DNA of 64,000 nt from a virus. Taxonomy: Duplodnaviria; Caudoviricetes. Under the pieces are notes generated by a model. The model searched no databases and was not told the DNA's origin. It saw only the letters and a program-made list of their open reading frames with translations. The stretch lies in the IMG/VR virus record IMGVR_UViG_3300028602_000007, positions 1-64,000 of that record, one strand, 5' to 3'. This document shows, in pieces, positions 26,956 to 36,600 of the stretch. Made by a program: the position numbers and the translations under genes. How positions within the stretch are numbered: position 1 is the first letter of the stretch; each line of letters starts with the position of its first letter.

Positions 26956-28077
26956 TTATAAAAAAGCTAAATCTAATGGGCTTTCACTGAAATATGAGTT
27001 TAACCATATATTAAAATCAGAAATTGTTAAATTCGGTTGTTTATTTTTTAAAAAAGTTATTAAATCATTAATATCCTTTAAATCTTTAAGTTTTATTATC
27101 TCAGATGACGTCTTACACATCTTTTTTAAATCATACATAATCTTATTCCATAATAAAATTGAATACCTGGATTTAATTAGATTCATCATTTCGGTTTTAC
27201 CTGCATTATCTTTATCAAATAATATTCTCATATTATTTTTTGCGCCCAATGATGAAAGTATACTTTTTGCCTTACTAACACCAGACGTTGCGATACAATT
27301 ATCAACAAATAAGGAGTCAAATTGACCTTCAGTTAAACAAATTGGTTTAGAAAAATTTACATTTAATATATTAAAATAATTATTCAAATAATTCGCATCA
27401 TCAATTAAATCCTTTTTAATATCTTTTTGCGAAAATATATTAACTAAATCTGAATACGATTTAATAATATACTTTCGCTCAACTGTATCTGATAAATATC
27501 TAATTGCCAAACCTAATACTTTTCCGGAACGTTTATCAAAATTAAAAATTAATATTTTACTATCACTAGAATCTCCATATAAAAAATCACCATAATCAGC
27601 GATCATATTTAAATTACGTTTATTAATATAAGAAATTGCATTTGGATTTTCGGTTGAAATATCTAATCTTTTAAGATTAAATCTATTAATTATTTCACTA
27701 ATTGTTAATAGCTTCGAAGTATCAGATGTTAAAAACCGCACTAATGGATTTCCAGTTCTTTTAATATCAACTGGTTTATAGTTAACATCTGCGATAAAAG
27801 ATGGTAACATTATTCCATTTTCGCGACTCGTTTTAGTAATAAATTCACTTAACGGCATATATGCCATGCATCCATCGTTAAAACACTTATATGCTCCGCT
27901 GTCTAAATAAATATTCCCTCTCTTTTTTGAAGATTTTTTATGAGAATCTCCACAAATGGGGCATGCAAAATTTAATTTACGATCATTTGAATCATCAAGT
28001 CTTTGCTTTTCAATATTATTAGGAAATCTTTTCTGTAATAAAATTTTAACAAATTGAACAATCTCCTCGCGTTTCAT
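26956..28077 (-). CDS. DNA primase (T4 gp61-like)
   Basis: Zn finger CPICGDS...YKCFNDGC, TOPRIM EGQFDS, FDKD.AG, KDIND. Confidence 0.88.
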   Translation of the reverse strand: MKREEIVQFVKILLQKRFPNNIEKQRLDDSNDRKLNFACPICGDSHKKSSKKRGNIYLDSGAYKCFNDGCMAYMPLSEFITKTSRENGIMLPSFIADVNYKPVDIKRTGNPLVRFLTSDTSKLLTISEIINRFNLKRLDISTENPNAISYINKRNLNMIADYGDFLYGDSSDSKILIFNFDKRSGKVLGLAIRYLSDTVERKYIIKSYSDLVNIFSQKDIKKDLIDDANYLNNYFNILNVNFSKPICLTEGQFDSLFVDNCIATSGVSKAKSILSSLGAKNNMRILFDKDNAGKTEMMNLIKSRYSILLWNKIMYDLKKMCKTSSEIIKLKDLKDINDLITFLKNKQPNLTISDFNIWLNSYFSESPLDLAFL

Positions 28078-28094
28078 TTTTATTAATTTTTATT

Positions 28095-29684
28095 TTATTC
28101 TTCTCTTTGTTTAGCTCGTTCAATCGCCCTAGTTGCTCGACCATAAGCATTCTTAGTTGGTATTGCTTTTTCAAGTGTTCGTATTTTTGCATTTGTTTTT
28201 AACCACATATTTTCATCATCAGGATGAGTTGCCCATCCATTTAATTTAAGAAAATCTGCCATTTCTGAATAAGGTAGTTCAAATGGATCAGTTACTTCAA
28301 TTTCAAGTTTTTTGCCCATTCTTTGTAAATATTTCCAAAGTTCAAATTTTGGAACAATTGTTGTAGATAATCCAAACTGTGTAATTTCACTTAAATATCC
28401 AGAAAATAAGTCTTGTGGTATTTCAACATCCGTCTTTCCTATATATTTTCCATATTCATTTGGAATCATTTTCCATTCAAGAGTTTCTGTATTAACTACG
28501 TATAATGGATAAATGTCATCATCTGTTATAACTTTTTTTCGACTTCTACTTTTAATTATTTCAACTTGCCTATTTAAATTTTGATCAATGTTCCAAAATC
28601 CCATAGCTATTAATAATTTATTAATAGGTTCTACTATTAATCTAAAAAATTGATGATCTCTATCAATTGGTATTGCAAAATCAGGTACATCTCCTGGAGG
28701 ATATGCAAAAATATCAAAACCATATTCATTTTCATCTGGATTCGTATAATAAAAACGAATTTTAGACCCACTTCGAATCATTGGGTACTTTTCATTATTT
28801 GTTTTTTTAATAATATGATTATGATATGCTGATGCTCTACCGTATATTGGCATACCCTTTTCAATTTCTAATGGATTTAACGAGTTAAGATATTCTTCAA
28901 AAACACGTACTCTAAAACTAAAAGCAATATCATTTATTTCTAAATTATCTAAATCTTTTCGCATTTCTTTTAGAATTGGAATTAAATCATTTTCTAAATC
29001 CAAATCATAACCTTTATCTAATAATAACCAATAAATTTTCTTTAAATTATCTCTTGCCCAAATTGGATAAGATGCTTGTATTGCTTCTAATCCTTTAATT
29101 AATAAACTTGGCTTTTTTAAATGATCTTCTTTTGTTACTACTTCTAATACATATTTCTTCTTAGCTGCCCAAATTCCTGCTCTAGATATGCTTTCAAGTT
29201 CAAAATTTTGTCTATTTTTAGTATGGAAATGTTCTGCATATTTTTCTAAAACTTTAACAAAATAATTTTTTAATCGATAAGCGTTCATATCAATAACGAA
29301 TTGTATTGCTTGGTCATCAGATAACTGTAATCCTTCTACTGAATTAATTGCTGTTTCAATACAAGTATATACAGAGTCAGTATCAGTATAAATCGCTGAA
29401 TCTATTTCAATTTTATTAATTTTATATTGATCTATACTTAACTTTTTATGTAATTCATAATCAGTATGCCATAAATTTGTAAAATAATAATTAATTGATC
29501 GAATTGCGAATTTAATTAAATCCTGACCTTGTAAAGTAATAGATTGCGCAATCTCATTATCATGGAAATAAAAATAACGATTACCAAATGCTCCGTAAAA
29601 AGAGTTAATCAAAATCTTAACAGCTCCTTGTTTAAGATCTAATGATTTAATTTGTTTTTCTAATTGACTTATATCTTTATTCAT
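28095..29684 (-). CDS. family B DNA polymerase, C-terminal (fingers/palm/thumb) subunit
   Basis: KILINSFYGAFG, ITLQGQ, YTDTDS, KKKY, KGLE. No exonuclease domain or region II motif. Confidence 0.88.
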   Translation of the reverse strand: MNKDISQLEKQIKSLDLKQGAVKILINSFYGAFGNRYFYFHDNEIAQSITLQGQDLIKFAIRSINYYFTNLWHTDYELHKKLSIDQYKINKIEIDSAIYTDTDSVYTCIETAINSVEGLQLSDDQAIQFVIDMNAYRLKNYFVKVLEKYAEHFHTKNRQNFELESISRAGIWAAKKKYVLEVVTKEDHLKKPSLLIKGLEAIQASYPIWARDNLKKIYWLLLDKGYDLDLENDLIPILKEMRKDLDNLEINDIAFSFRVRVFEEYLNSLNPLEIEKGMPIYGRASAYHNHIIKKTNNEKYPMIRSGSKIRFYYTNPDENEYGFDIFAYPPGDVPDFAIPIDRDHQFFRLIVEPINKLLIAMGFWNIDQNLNRQVEIIKSRSRKKVITDDDIYPLYVVNTETLEWKMIPNEYGKYIGKTDVEIPQDLFSGYLSEITQFGLSTTIVPKFELWKYLQRMGKKLEIEVTDPFELPYSEMADFLKLNGWATHPDDENMWLKTNAKIRTLEKAIPTKNAYGRATRAIERAKQREE

Positions 29685-29764
29685 ATAATGAATTATATCA
29701 TAAATTTTTCATTAGTTCTTAATTTTTTTTATGGAGCGTTTATATATAATAATAAAATATTTAT

Positions 29765-31349
29765 AATGATACAGAAATCATATTTTTTAACGGATAACGG
29801 TCGAGTAAATTCACAAAGAGTAAAACGAACATGGTTAGAAAAAAATAATCCTGATTTTTTAAAAAAAATCGAAAAAAATGTACCGCTTGAATTACGTATA
29901 GTTGAAAAAATTTGGTTATATTTTGAAAATTTATCAGAACCGCCTAAATGTAAACATTGTAACTTAAAAAATGTTAAATTCTTAGGATTACTAAATGGTT
30001 ATAGAGAATACTGCTCAACTAAATGCTCCAATTCAGCAGATGATGTGAAATTAAAAAAAGAGCAAATATATTTAATGAAATATAATGTTAAAAATCCGTT
30101 TCAAAGTGAAAGTATTAAAGATAAGATTAAGAAAACTTTAATTAAAAAATATAATGTTGATAATATTGCAAAAAGCATAGATCATAAACAAAAAACAATA
30201 GAAACTAATGTAAAACGATATAATGCTAATTGGGGCTTATCAAAGAACAGCACAGTTCGTGATAACTTAAACATTCAAAATAAATTAAATTTTGAAAAAT
30301 TATTAAAAGATAATAATTTTACGTTATTAAATTGGTCACCTGACAAGTTTGGAATGGTTAAAATACATAGTAATGCATGCAATCATACATTCGAATTAAA
30401 TAAATGGCAAACCTATCAACGGCTTATGATTTCAGATGTAGAATTATGCCCAATATGCAATCCATTTGGAACATGTAAGAATACTAATATTGAATTAAAT
30501 ATTCAAAATTTATTAAAAGAAAATAACATAGAGTTTATTACAAATTATAGGAAATTAATTAATCCATTAGAAGTAGACATTTTTGTCCCAAGTAAAAACC
30601 TTGCAATTGAAATAAATGGAATATATTGGCATTCTGACATCTTTAAAGGTAAAGACTATCATACAAACAAACATAAAATGTGTAAAGAAAAGAATATACA
30701 ACTATTAACGATATGGGAAGACCAATTATTATATAAAAAGTCAATTGTAGAATCAATAATATTAAGTAAACTTGGAATATTTAAAAATAGAATATTTGCA
30801 AGATCTTGTGAAATAAAAGAAATTTCAACAAAAGAAGCAACTCATTTTTTAAAAAATACACATTTACAGGGATATTCTACATCAACTGTAAAAATCGGAT
30901 TATTTCATAATAACGAATTAATTTCAGTAGCAACATTTGGTAAACAACGAATAATGTATAAACAAACTAAAACTAATGATTTTACTTGGGAACTAGTTAG
31001 ATTTGCAACCAAATTAAATACACAAATAGTAGGAGGATTTTCAAAATTAATGGCATACTTTGTTAGAAAATATAAACCTTTTAAAATAATATCTTTCGCA
31101 TCAAAAGATATATCAAATGGCAAATCTTATGAAAAACTTGGATTTAATAAGATTAATGAAACTTCTCAAAGTTATTGGTACGTAGATAAAGCTACATTAA
31201 CTCGACATAATCGATATACTTTTAGAAAAAGTCAACTAATCAAAATGGGATATTCTAAAAAAATGACAGAATTTGAAATAATGAATGAGTTGTCATATTT
31301 TAGAATTTGGGACACTGGCCAAATTAAATATCTTCTTACTGTTAACTAA
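29765..31349 (+). CDS. homing-endonuclease-like protein (Cys motifs, KYxV repeats, PD-(D/E)xK nuclease domain)
   Basis: YCSTKCS, KYNV repeats, EVDIFVPSKNLAIEINGIYWHS, IWEDQ; paralogue of 58520..60214; probable start MIQKS. Confidence 0.7.
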
Positions 31350-31408
31350 TTCACTATTCTGAAATAACCGTTTTTAAATTAAATAGTATAAAATAATAAA
31401 AATTAATC

Positions 31409-31972
31409 GTGTCTAAACTTGATATACAACGAGAAGTTATATATAAATTTCCATTTTTAAAAGATTTTCCATTTTCTGAATATTCTATTAAATTTGAAAA
31501 TTATGATAAATATGATAATACAAATATCTCAATAATAAAATTTACATATAATAAAAATAAAATATCAATGTCTATTTCGATATTCGAAAACGACTTAGCT
31601 TTTATTAAAAATTTAGCTGATTCTATTTCTAATATCGATGAAATTTTTAATATTATAGAAGATGCACTAAATTCACAAAATATTTTAGATAAGAGAAATG
31701 GGAATATCATTGCAGAAGAATGGTATGAAGATCTTAATAATGGAAAATCTAGATTAAGTTATAGTACATCTGGTGAAATTTTAATTAGTTTAATAGAATC
31801 GCAAGATCAATTCACCTCAATTGTAAATAAATTAAACAAATTAGAGATTGGAAATGGAATAGTTGGCTTAAATGAAACTGAATATTCAATAATATTAACA
31901 TATTATCAGTTTCGTTTAATTTACATAAAAATGTTATTAGGAATAATAATTTCTTCAAAAATATCAATATGA
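31409..31972 (+). CDS. hypothetical protein
   Basis: GTG-start ORF after TAGTATAA. Confidence 0.6.
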   Translation: MSKLDIQREVIYKFPFLKDFPFSEYSIKFENYDKYDNTNISIIKFTYNKNKISMSISIFENDLAFIKNLADSISNIDEIFNIIEDALNSQNILDKRNGNIIAEEWYEDLNNGKSRLSYSTSGEILISLIESQDQFTSIVNKLNKLEIGNGIVGLNETEYSIILTYYQFRLIYIKMLLGIIISSKISI

Positions 31973-32026
31973 ATTTATATAGACTGTGATTTATGATAAA
32001 TAATTTTTTAAAATTATAAAATTATA

Positions 32027-32797
32027 ATGAGTCCACACGTTTTAACTTTTTCCAAATTTATATTAGAAAATAGAGAAAATGATATACATACAACATTAGA
32101 TAAAGAATATGAAGATCAATTATCTGACTTTAATTATGAATCTGAAATATTATCATTAATTGAAAAACTTGAACGTTATTGGATTAAAATGGAGAAAGAT
32201 TATTTGTGGAATAGAGAATATCGATACTCTTTAAAATTTCCGCATTTTGCATTATACGCAAAACTAGATTATCCAGATTTAGAAAAAATTTCAAAAATTA
32301 TAAAGGATGATGAAGCTGATGATGATGAATTATTAGATATATGGTATAAATGGATAATGTATCAACGTGCAATATTTATAGATGATCTTGATTATTCTTG
32401 GATAAAGCATGTCGGTTGGGGCGGAAATTCTGGTGGATGGATCCTACTTACACCAAACATTAATTATGATGATGTAGTAAATGATATTACTGAGTTATTA
32501 GAGTTGTATATTTCAGAAAAAAATGAAATTAAAAATAACGTATCAAATTGGGAATATATTATGAACAATTTAGAAGACCTAGATTATATTCAGTTAAGTG
32601 AAATTGGCTTAATTGAAATGCCAGAAGAGATAATTAATCTTAAAAAATCAGCAGATATTGTAATTAAAATAACACAAGAAAGTTTACAAGAAGCAAAAAA
32701 TATTGAAGCAGATTTAGTTGAAATTAATAATCGACTTATTAAATTTAAACAAAATGCAGATTCTTATTTTTATAGTTATTTAGAAGAGGAATATTAA
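32027..32797 (+). CDS. acidic putative virion-associated protein
   Basis: N-terminal HVLTFSKFILE, late promoter upstream. Confidence 0.65.
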   Translation: MSPHVLTFSKFILENRENDIHTTLDKEYEDQLSDFNYESEILSLIEKLERYWIKMEKDYLWNREYRYSLKFPHFALYAKLDYPDLEKISKIIKDDEADDDELLDIWYKWIMYQRAIFIDDLDYSWIKHVGWGGNSGGWILLTPNINYDDVVNDITELLELYISEKNEIKNNVSNWEYIMNNLEDLDYIQLSEIGLIEMPEEIINLKKSADIVIKITQESLQEAKNIEADLVEINNRLIKFKQNADSYFYSYLEEEY

Positions 32798-32798
32798 A

Positions 32799-34397
32799 TT
32801 ACGATAATAAATATTTTCTTTTGGAAATTGGAAATTTTTGTTTTTTATAAATACTCTCACGCTCTTTTCCATGCTTTATCATATATCCGTCTAAGTCATC
32901 AACCAAATCTAAAATTACAACTTTAGTTTTACCTGTTAAATTTCGCATACCTCGGCCAATTGCTTGACGAATAGTAATTTCAGATTTAAAACTTTCTGCA
33001 AAAATAATATAATTTACATTTTTTAAATTGATACCAGTTGCAAAAGTACCAAATGAAGCAACTAATACAATATTTGAATTATTTTCCATTATTGATTGAT
33101 ATTCATTTCTATCTGATGTTTCGACTTCTCCATCAATATAATAAACATTTTCATTATTTGGTAAAATGCTTTCTTGTATACGTTTGCCGTATAAATCTTT
33201 AACATTATTAAATAAAATTAATTTATTACCAGGTAACCCATTTGCTAACTTAGTGATAAATTTAATTCTCGGTTCATATCCTAAAATAAAAGACTTTTCT
33301 ATATTATAAAGATCTCCACCTGGTACAGATTTACTATCTGTTAGATCTTTATATTTTTTAATAAAAGGTTCAGTACTTGGATATTTTAATTTAATTTGTT
33401 CAATAAAAACATCGACTGAATAATTATTATCAATTAAATACTTAGCACTAACTGTTTTAGTAAGCGGGCCTAAATATTCTTGAATTTTATAAAAATCTGA
33501 AAATTGTTCTCCAATCTTAATTGTTCCAGATAATCCTAATTTATATTCTGCATTAGTTGATGCTTTTAAAATATTTCGTATAGAATCACCTTTTCCAGTA
33601 TGAGCTTCATCTATACAAACAACTCTAAAATTTTCAAAAAATTCAGGCTTTGCCCACCTAGTAATAGTTTTTTTATCATTCTTCTTTTTTCGCTTTTTAG
33701 ATTTATCCATTATAACACTTTGATATGTTGTGATTAATAATTCACAATCATCAAATAGCTCTTGTTTAAAACTTTTTCCTCCACCAATTTGCATAATATT
33801 CCAAGGAATTAACCCTGTCTGATATTCATTATTAAATGCATCAACTGTTTGTTTAACTAACGACACCTTGGGCACAATTAAAATCGCTTTATTGTTTTTA
33901 TCAATTAATCCTTTTCTTTTCAAAAAAGATAAATATATAAAAAAGATTAGTGTTTTTCCAGCAGAAGTGGCAAGCTCCATTGAACTAAATTTATATTTTA
34001 GTCCTTTATATGCAGCATCTAGTTGATATGAATATGGGATTAACGGCTTTCCGTTATCTAAAATTACACCATCTAATAAAACAGAAGAAAACTTATCAAT
34101 TTGATCCTTTGTAAAATCTAAATTTAATAATGAATCTAATCCATTAATTTTAATTTTACATTCATTCTTTTTTGAAAATTTTAGTAATTCATTCCATAAT
34201 CCAATTCCGATTAATTTAGTTTTATCATCATAAAACCTATCATAACCATCCCATAATTTTCGTTTATACATTGGATCATGAAAATAACCATCTCTTCTTT
34301 TTTTGAAGAACAGTTTTAAATCATATACTTCAAATTTATTTTGAAAATCAATAAGTTCTAAGTGTAATTTGTCTTCTGTAACTTTAAAAGTTAACAT
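32799..34397 (-). CDS. uvsW: UvsW-like SF2 helicase
   Basis: YQ, LATSAGKT, DEAH, GLSGT, TFATGIN, QAIGRGMR. Confidence 0.88.
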   Translation of the reverse strand: MLTFKVTEDKLHLELIDFQNKFEVYDLKLFFKKRRDGYFHDPMYKRKLWDGYDRFYDDKTKLIGIGLWNELLKFSKKNECKIKINGLDSLLNLDFTKDQIDKFSSVLLDGVILDNGKPLIPYSYQLDAAYKGLKYKFSSMELATSAGKTLIFFIYLSFLKRKGLIDKNNKAILIVPKVSLVKQTVDAFNNEYQTGLIPWNIMQIGGGKSFKQELFDDCELLITTYQSVIMDKSKKRKKKNDKKTITRWAKPEFFENFRVVCIDEAHTGKGDSIRNILKASTNAEYKLGLSGTIKIGEQFSDFYKIQEYLGPLTKTVSAKYLIDNNYSVDVFIEQIKLKYPSTEPFIKKYKDLTDSKSVPGGDLYNIEKSFILGYEPRIKFITKLANGLPGNKLILFNNVKDLYGKRIQESILPNNENVYYIDGEVETSDRNEYQSIMENNSNIVLVASFGTFATGINLKNVNYIIFAESFKSEITIRQAIGRGMRNLTGKTKVVILDLVDDLDGYMIKHGKERESIYKKQKFPISKRKYLLS

Positions 34398-34837
34398 TAA
34401 TTTCCATCTAATAATTTTTGAGAAGCAATTCTATCTTTAATTCCAAATAATACAGAATCAACTGTTTTTATTGCTTCTGAATGAAAATCAATCTGAGCTT
34501 TTAATAAATCGATTTTTTCTTGTAAATCAGATAATTTACCATCAACTAAATGTCCTTTTTCAGTTGGCTGATATCTAGCTTGTCCGATTTTAGAAACATT
34601 TTCCCATTCAGTGCCTTTTCTAGAACGATAAAGTTTTTTATATTTAATATAATGTTCAATTAAAGTATGATTATCTTCTAATAATCGTTGACGTAAACTT
34701 AAAAAAGTTACTTGTACTTCTGGAATATTTTTAATGTTATATAATAATTGTATACCTTCTTTAATTTCAGTAGAATATACGCTACGATCATTTTTAAATC
34801 GAGCAGATAACGTTATTTTTTTATCGTCAACTTCCAT
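34397..34837 (-). CDS. UvsY-like recombination mediator
   Basis: 146-aa helical protein coupled to uvsW, C-terminal FGIKDRI pattern. Confidence 0.55.
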   Translation of the reverse strand: MEVDDKKITLSARFKNDRSVYSTEIKEGIQLLYNIKNIPEVQVTFLSLRQRLLEDNHTLIEHYIKYKKLYRSRKGTEWENVSKIGQARYQPTEKGHLVDGKLSDLQEKIDLLKAQIDFHSEAIKTVDSVLFGIKDRIASQKLLDGN

Positions 34838-34869
34838 TATATTATTTTATTTAAAAAGTAAATTAGGTT

Positions 34870-35343
34870 TTACATTAAAAATGTATAATACATACTTTCG
34901 ATTTGATAATAATCGCTATTAAATTCTGAAACTTGGTGGCTTGCGTAAATCTTATTTCCAATCGGATGGTGTTGCCCATTTTTATAAAAAATTGAAATAG
35001 CTCCATCATATAAGCAAATAATAGAATCTAAGTTATAATGTTTTAACGAACCTTCTACAATATGTTTAAATTCATCTAATGTAACTTTGCTATCTTCATT
35101 TGTTATAAAAATACTAGGATATATCATTTTAATATGTTGGCCTGCCTTTGCTAATGAAGTAATTGTTTGAACTGCATATGTTAATTCGCCAAACGAGTCT
35201 AAGTCATTTAAAAAAGAGTTATATTGATCAGATGACGTAAAATTATATATTGCAAATGGTTTTTGAGCTTGTACGCAATCTCTAATTAAGTGGTATTTGT
35301 TTCCTGAATACTCTCTAGTTCTGCGTAATGTTCTTTCACTCAT
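34870..35343 (-). CDS. hypothetical protein
   Basis: 157-aa ORF. Confidence 0.65.
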   Translation of the reverse strand: MSERTLRRTREYSGNKYHLIRDCVQAQKPFAIYNFTSSDQYNSFLNDLDSFGELTYAVQTITSLAKAGQHIKMIYPSIFITNEDSKVTLDEFKHIVEGSLKHYNLDSIICLYDGAISIFYKNGQHHPIGNKIYASHQVSEFNSDYYQIESMYYTFLM

Positions 35344-35406
35344 ATTTTTAGTAAATTATTTAAACTACTATACTATTTATTAGTAAAAGAAACAAATTAT
35401 ATACGT

Positions 35407-35952
35407 ATGAAAACAAATATTAATATTTTTGATTTTGATGATACTTTATTTAGAGTACCGAGTTTTCTTTGTGAAACTGCAAAGAACCGTACACCATATC
35501 AATGGTATGATGATCCAGCTTCATTAAAAGAACCAAATCTGCCTAAGCCAATTAAGAATATTGTTGAAAAAACATGGAATAAATCTGGCAATGATAAAAA
35601 TTATTTAATTACACATCGAGTAAAAGCATGTGAACTTGAAATTAATAACTTATTAAAATCAGTAAATTGCGAATTCGAAGAACGCTTTTTTCTAGGAAGA
35701 GTTGATAATAAAGTGATGAAAGTCCTTGAAATTTTAGATAAAAATCCTCAATGCAAAAAATTAACAATATATGAAGATTCATTATTCGAAATAATGAATT
35801 ATGCTGCGATGCTAGACGATGAATTATCTAATGAAATTGAAATAATTTTTGTTTTTGTAGATAAACGTAGAATTATTTCATTTCCAATAAGTGTTGCAAT
35901 TAAATTAACTGAATATAATATTGATATTGAAAAATTATTTGTTGTTGTATGA
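35407..35952 (+). CDS. HAD-superfamily phosphatase
   Basis: IFDFDDTLF (DxD), LITHR, K, IYED. Confidence 0.75.
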   Translation: MKTNINIFDFDDTLFRVPSFLCETAKNRTPYQWYDDPASLKEPNLPKPIKNIVEKTWNKSGNDKNYLITHRVKACELEINNLLKSVNCEFEERFFLGRVDNKVMKVLEILDKNPQCKKLTIYEDSLFEIMNYAAMLDDELSNEIEIIFVFVDKRRIISFPISVAIKLTEYNIDIEKLFVVV

Positions 35953-36563
35953 TATTATTCATAGAAGGAAGTCGTGCTGTTGGAAAAACTTATTTAATCA
36001 ATAAGTTTTTTGAACAAGTTAAATTAACTAATATTGAATATTATAAATTTTATTTTGCAAATCATATTAAATTACTAAATTTACAAAATCTTGATAATTC
36101 TTCAGCATTACACTATTTTAGTTTGGGAAATATTATGACAATATTAGAAATGAATTTGCGAAAAGAATATAAAGATAAAATTTGGATTTTTGATCGTGCT
36201 ATTATTTCTGCATATGCTTGGGCTATTTTAAGAAATCGATTATCATTTGAAACGGCAAAGTCTGAATATTTAAAACTATTAAGTAGTAATTTATATTCAA
36301 ATTGTAAAACGCTGGTAATTAAAACAAAAATAGATCGTTCAACAATTGAATCTACTAGAAATAAAGATGTATTTGATGGACTTCATACAACACTTAATGA
36401 ATACACAAAATTATCTGAATTTGTTGAAATTGGATTTCAATTTCTAAATGATAAAAATAAAAATAATAAGATCGTTTCAATTACAAATAATTTTGACGAA
36501 GAATCAACTATTAAATTCATTGAAGCAGGAACACATCTTTTATCGTTACCGACTAATAAATAA
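35949..36563 (+). CDS. P-loop nucleotide/nucleoside kinase-like protein
   Basis: IEGSRAVGKT and IFDR motifs of NMP/dNK-type kinases. Confidence 0.72.
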   Translation: MILFIEGSRAVGKTYLINKFFEQVKLTNIEYYKFYFANHIKLLNLQNLDNSSALHYFSLGNIMTILEMNLRKEYKDKIWIFDRAIISAYAWAILRNRLSFETAKSEYLKLLSSNLYSNCKTLVIKTKIDRSTIESTRNKDVFDGLHTTLNEYTKLSEFVEIGFQFLNDKNKNNKIVSITNNFDEESTIKFIEAGTHLLSLPTNK

Positions 36564-36600
36564 TAAAAATTATTATGTGTAAATATACACAAATCTGTAC

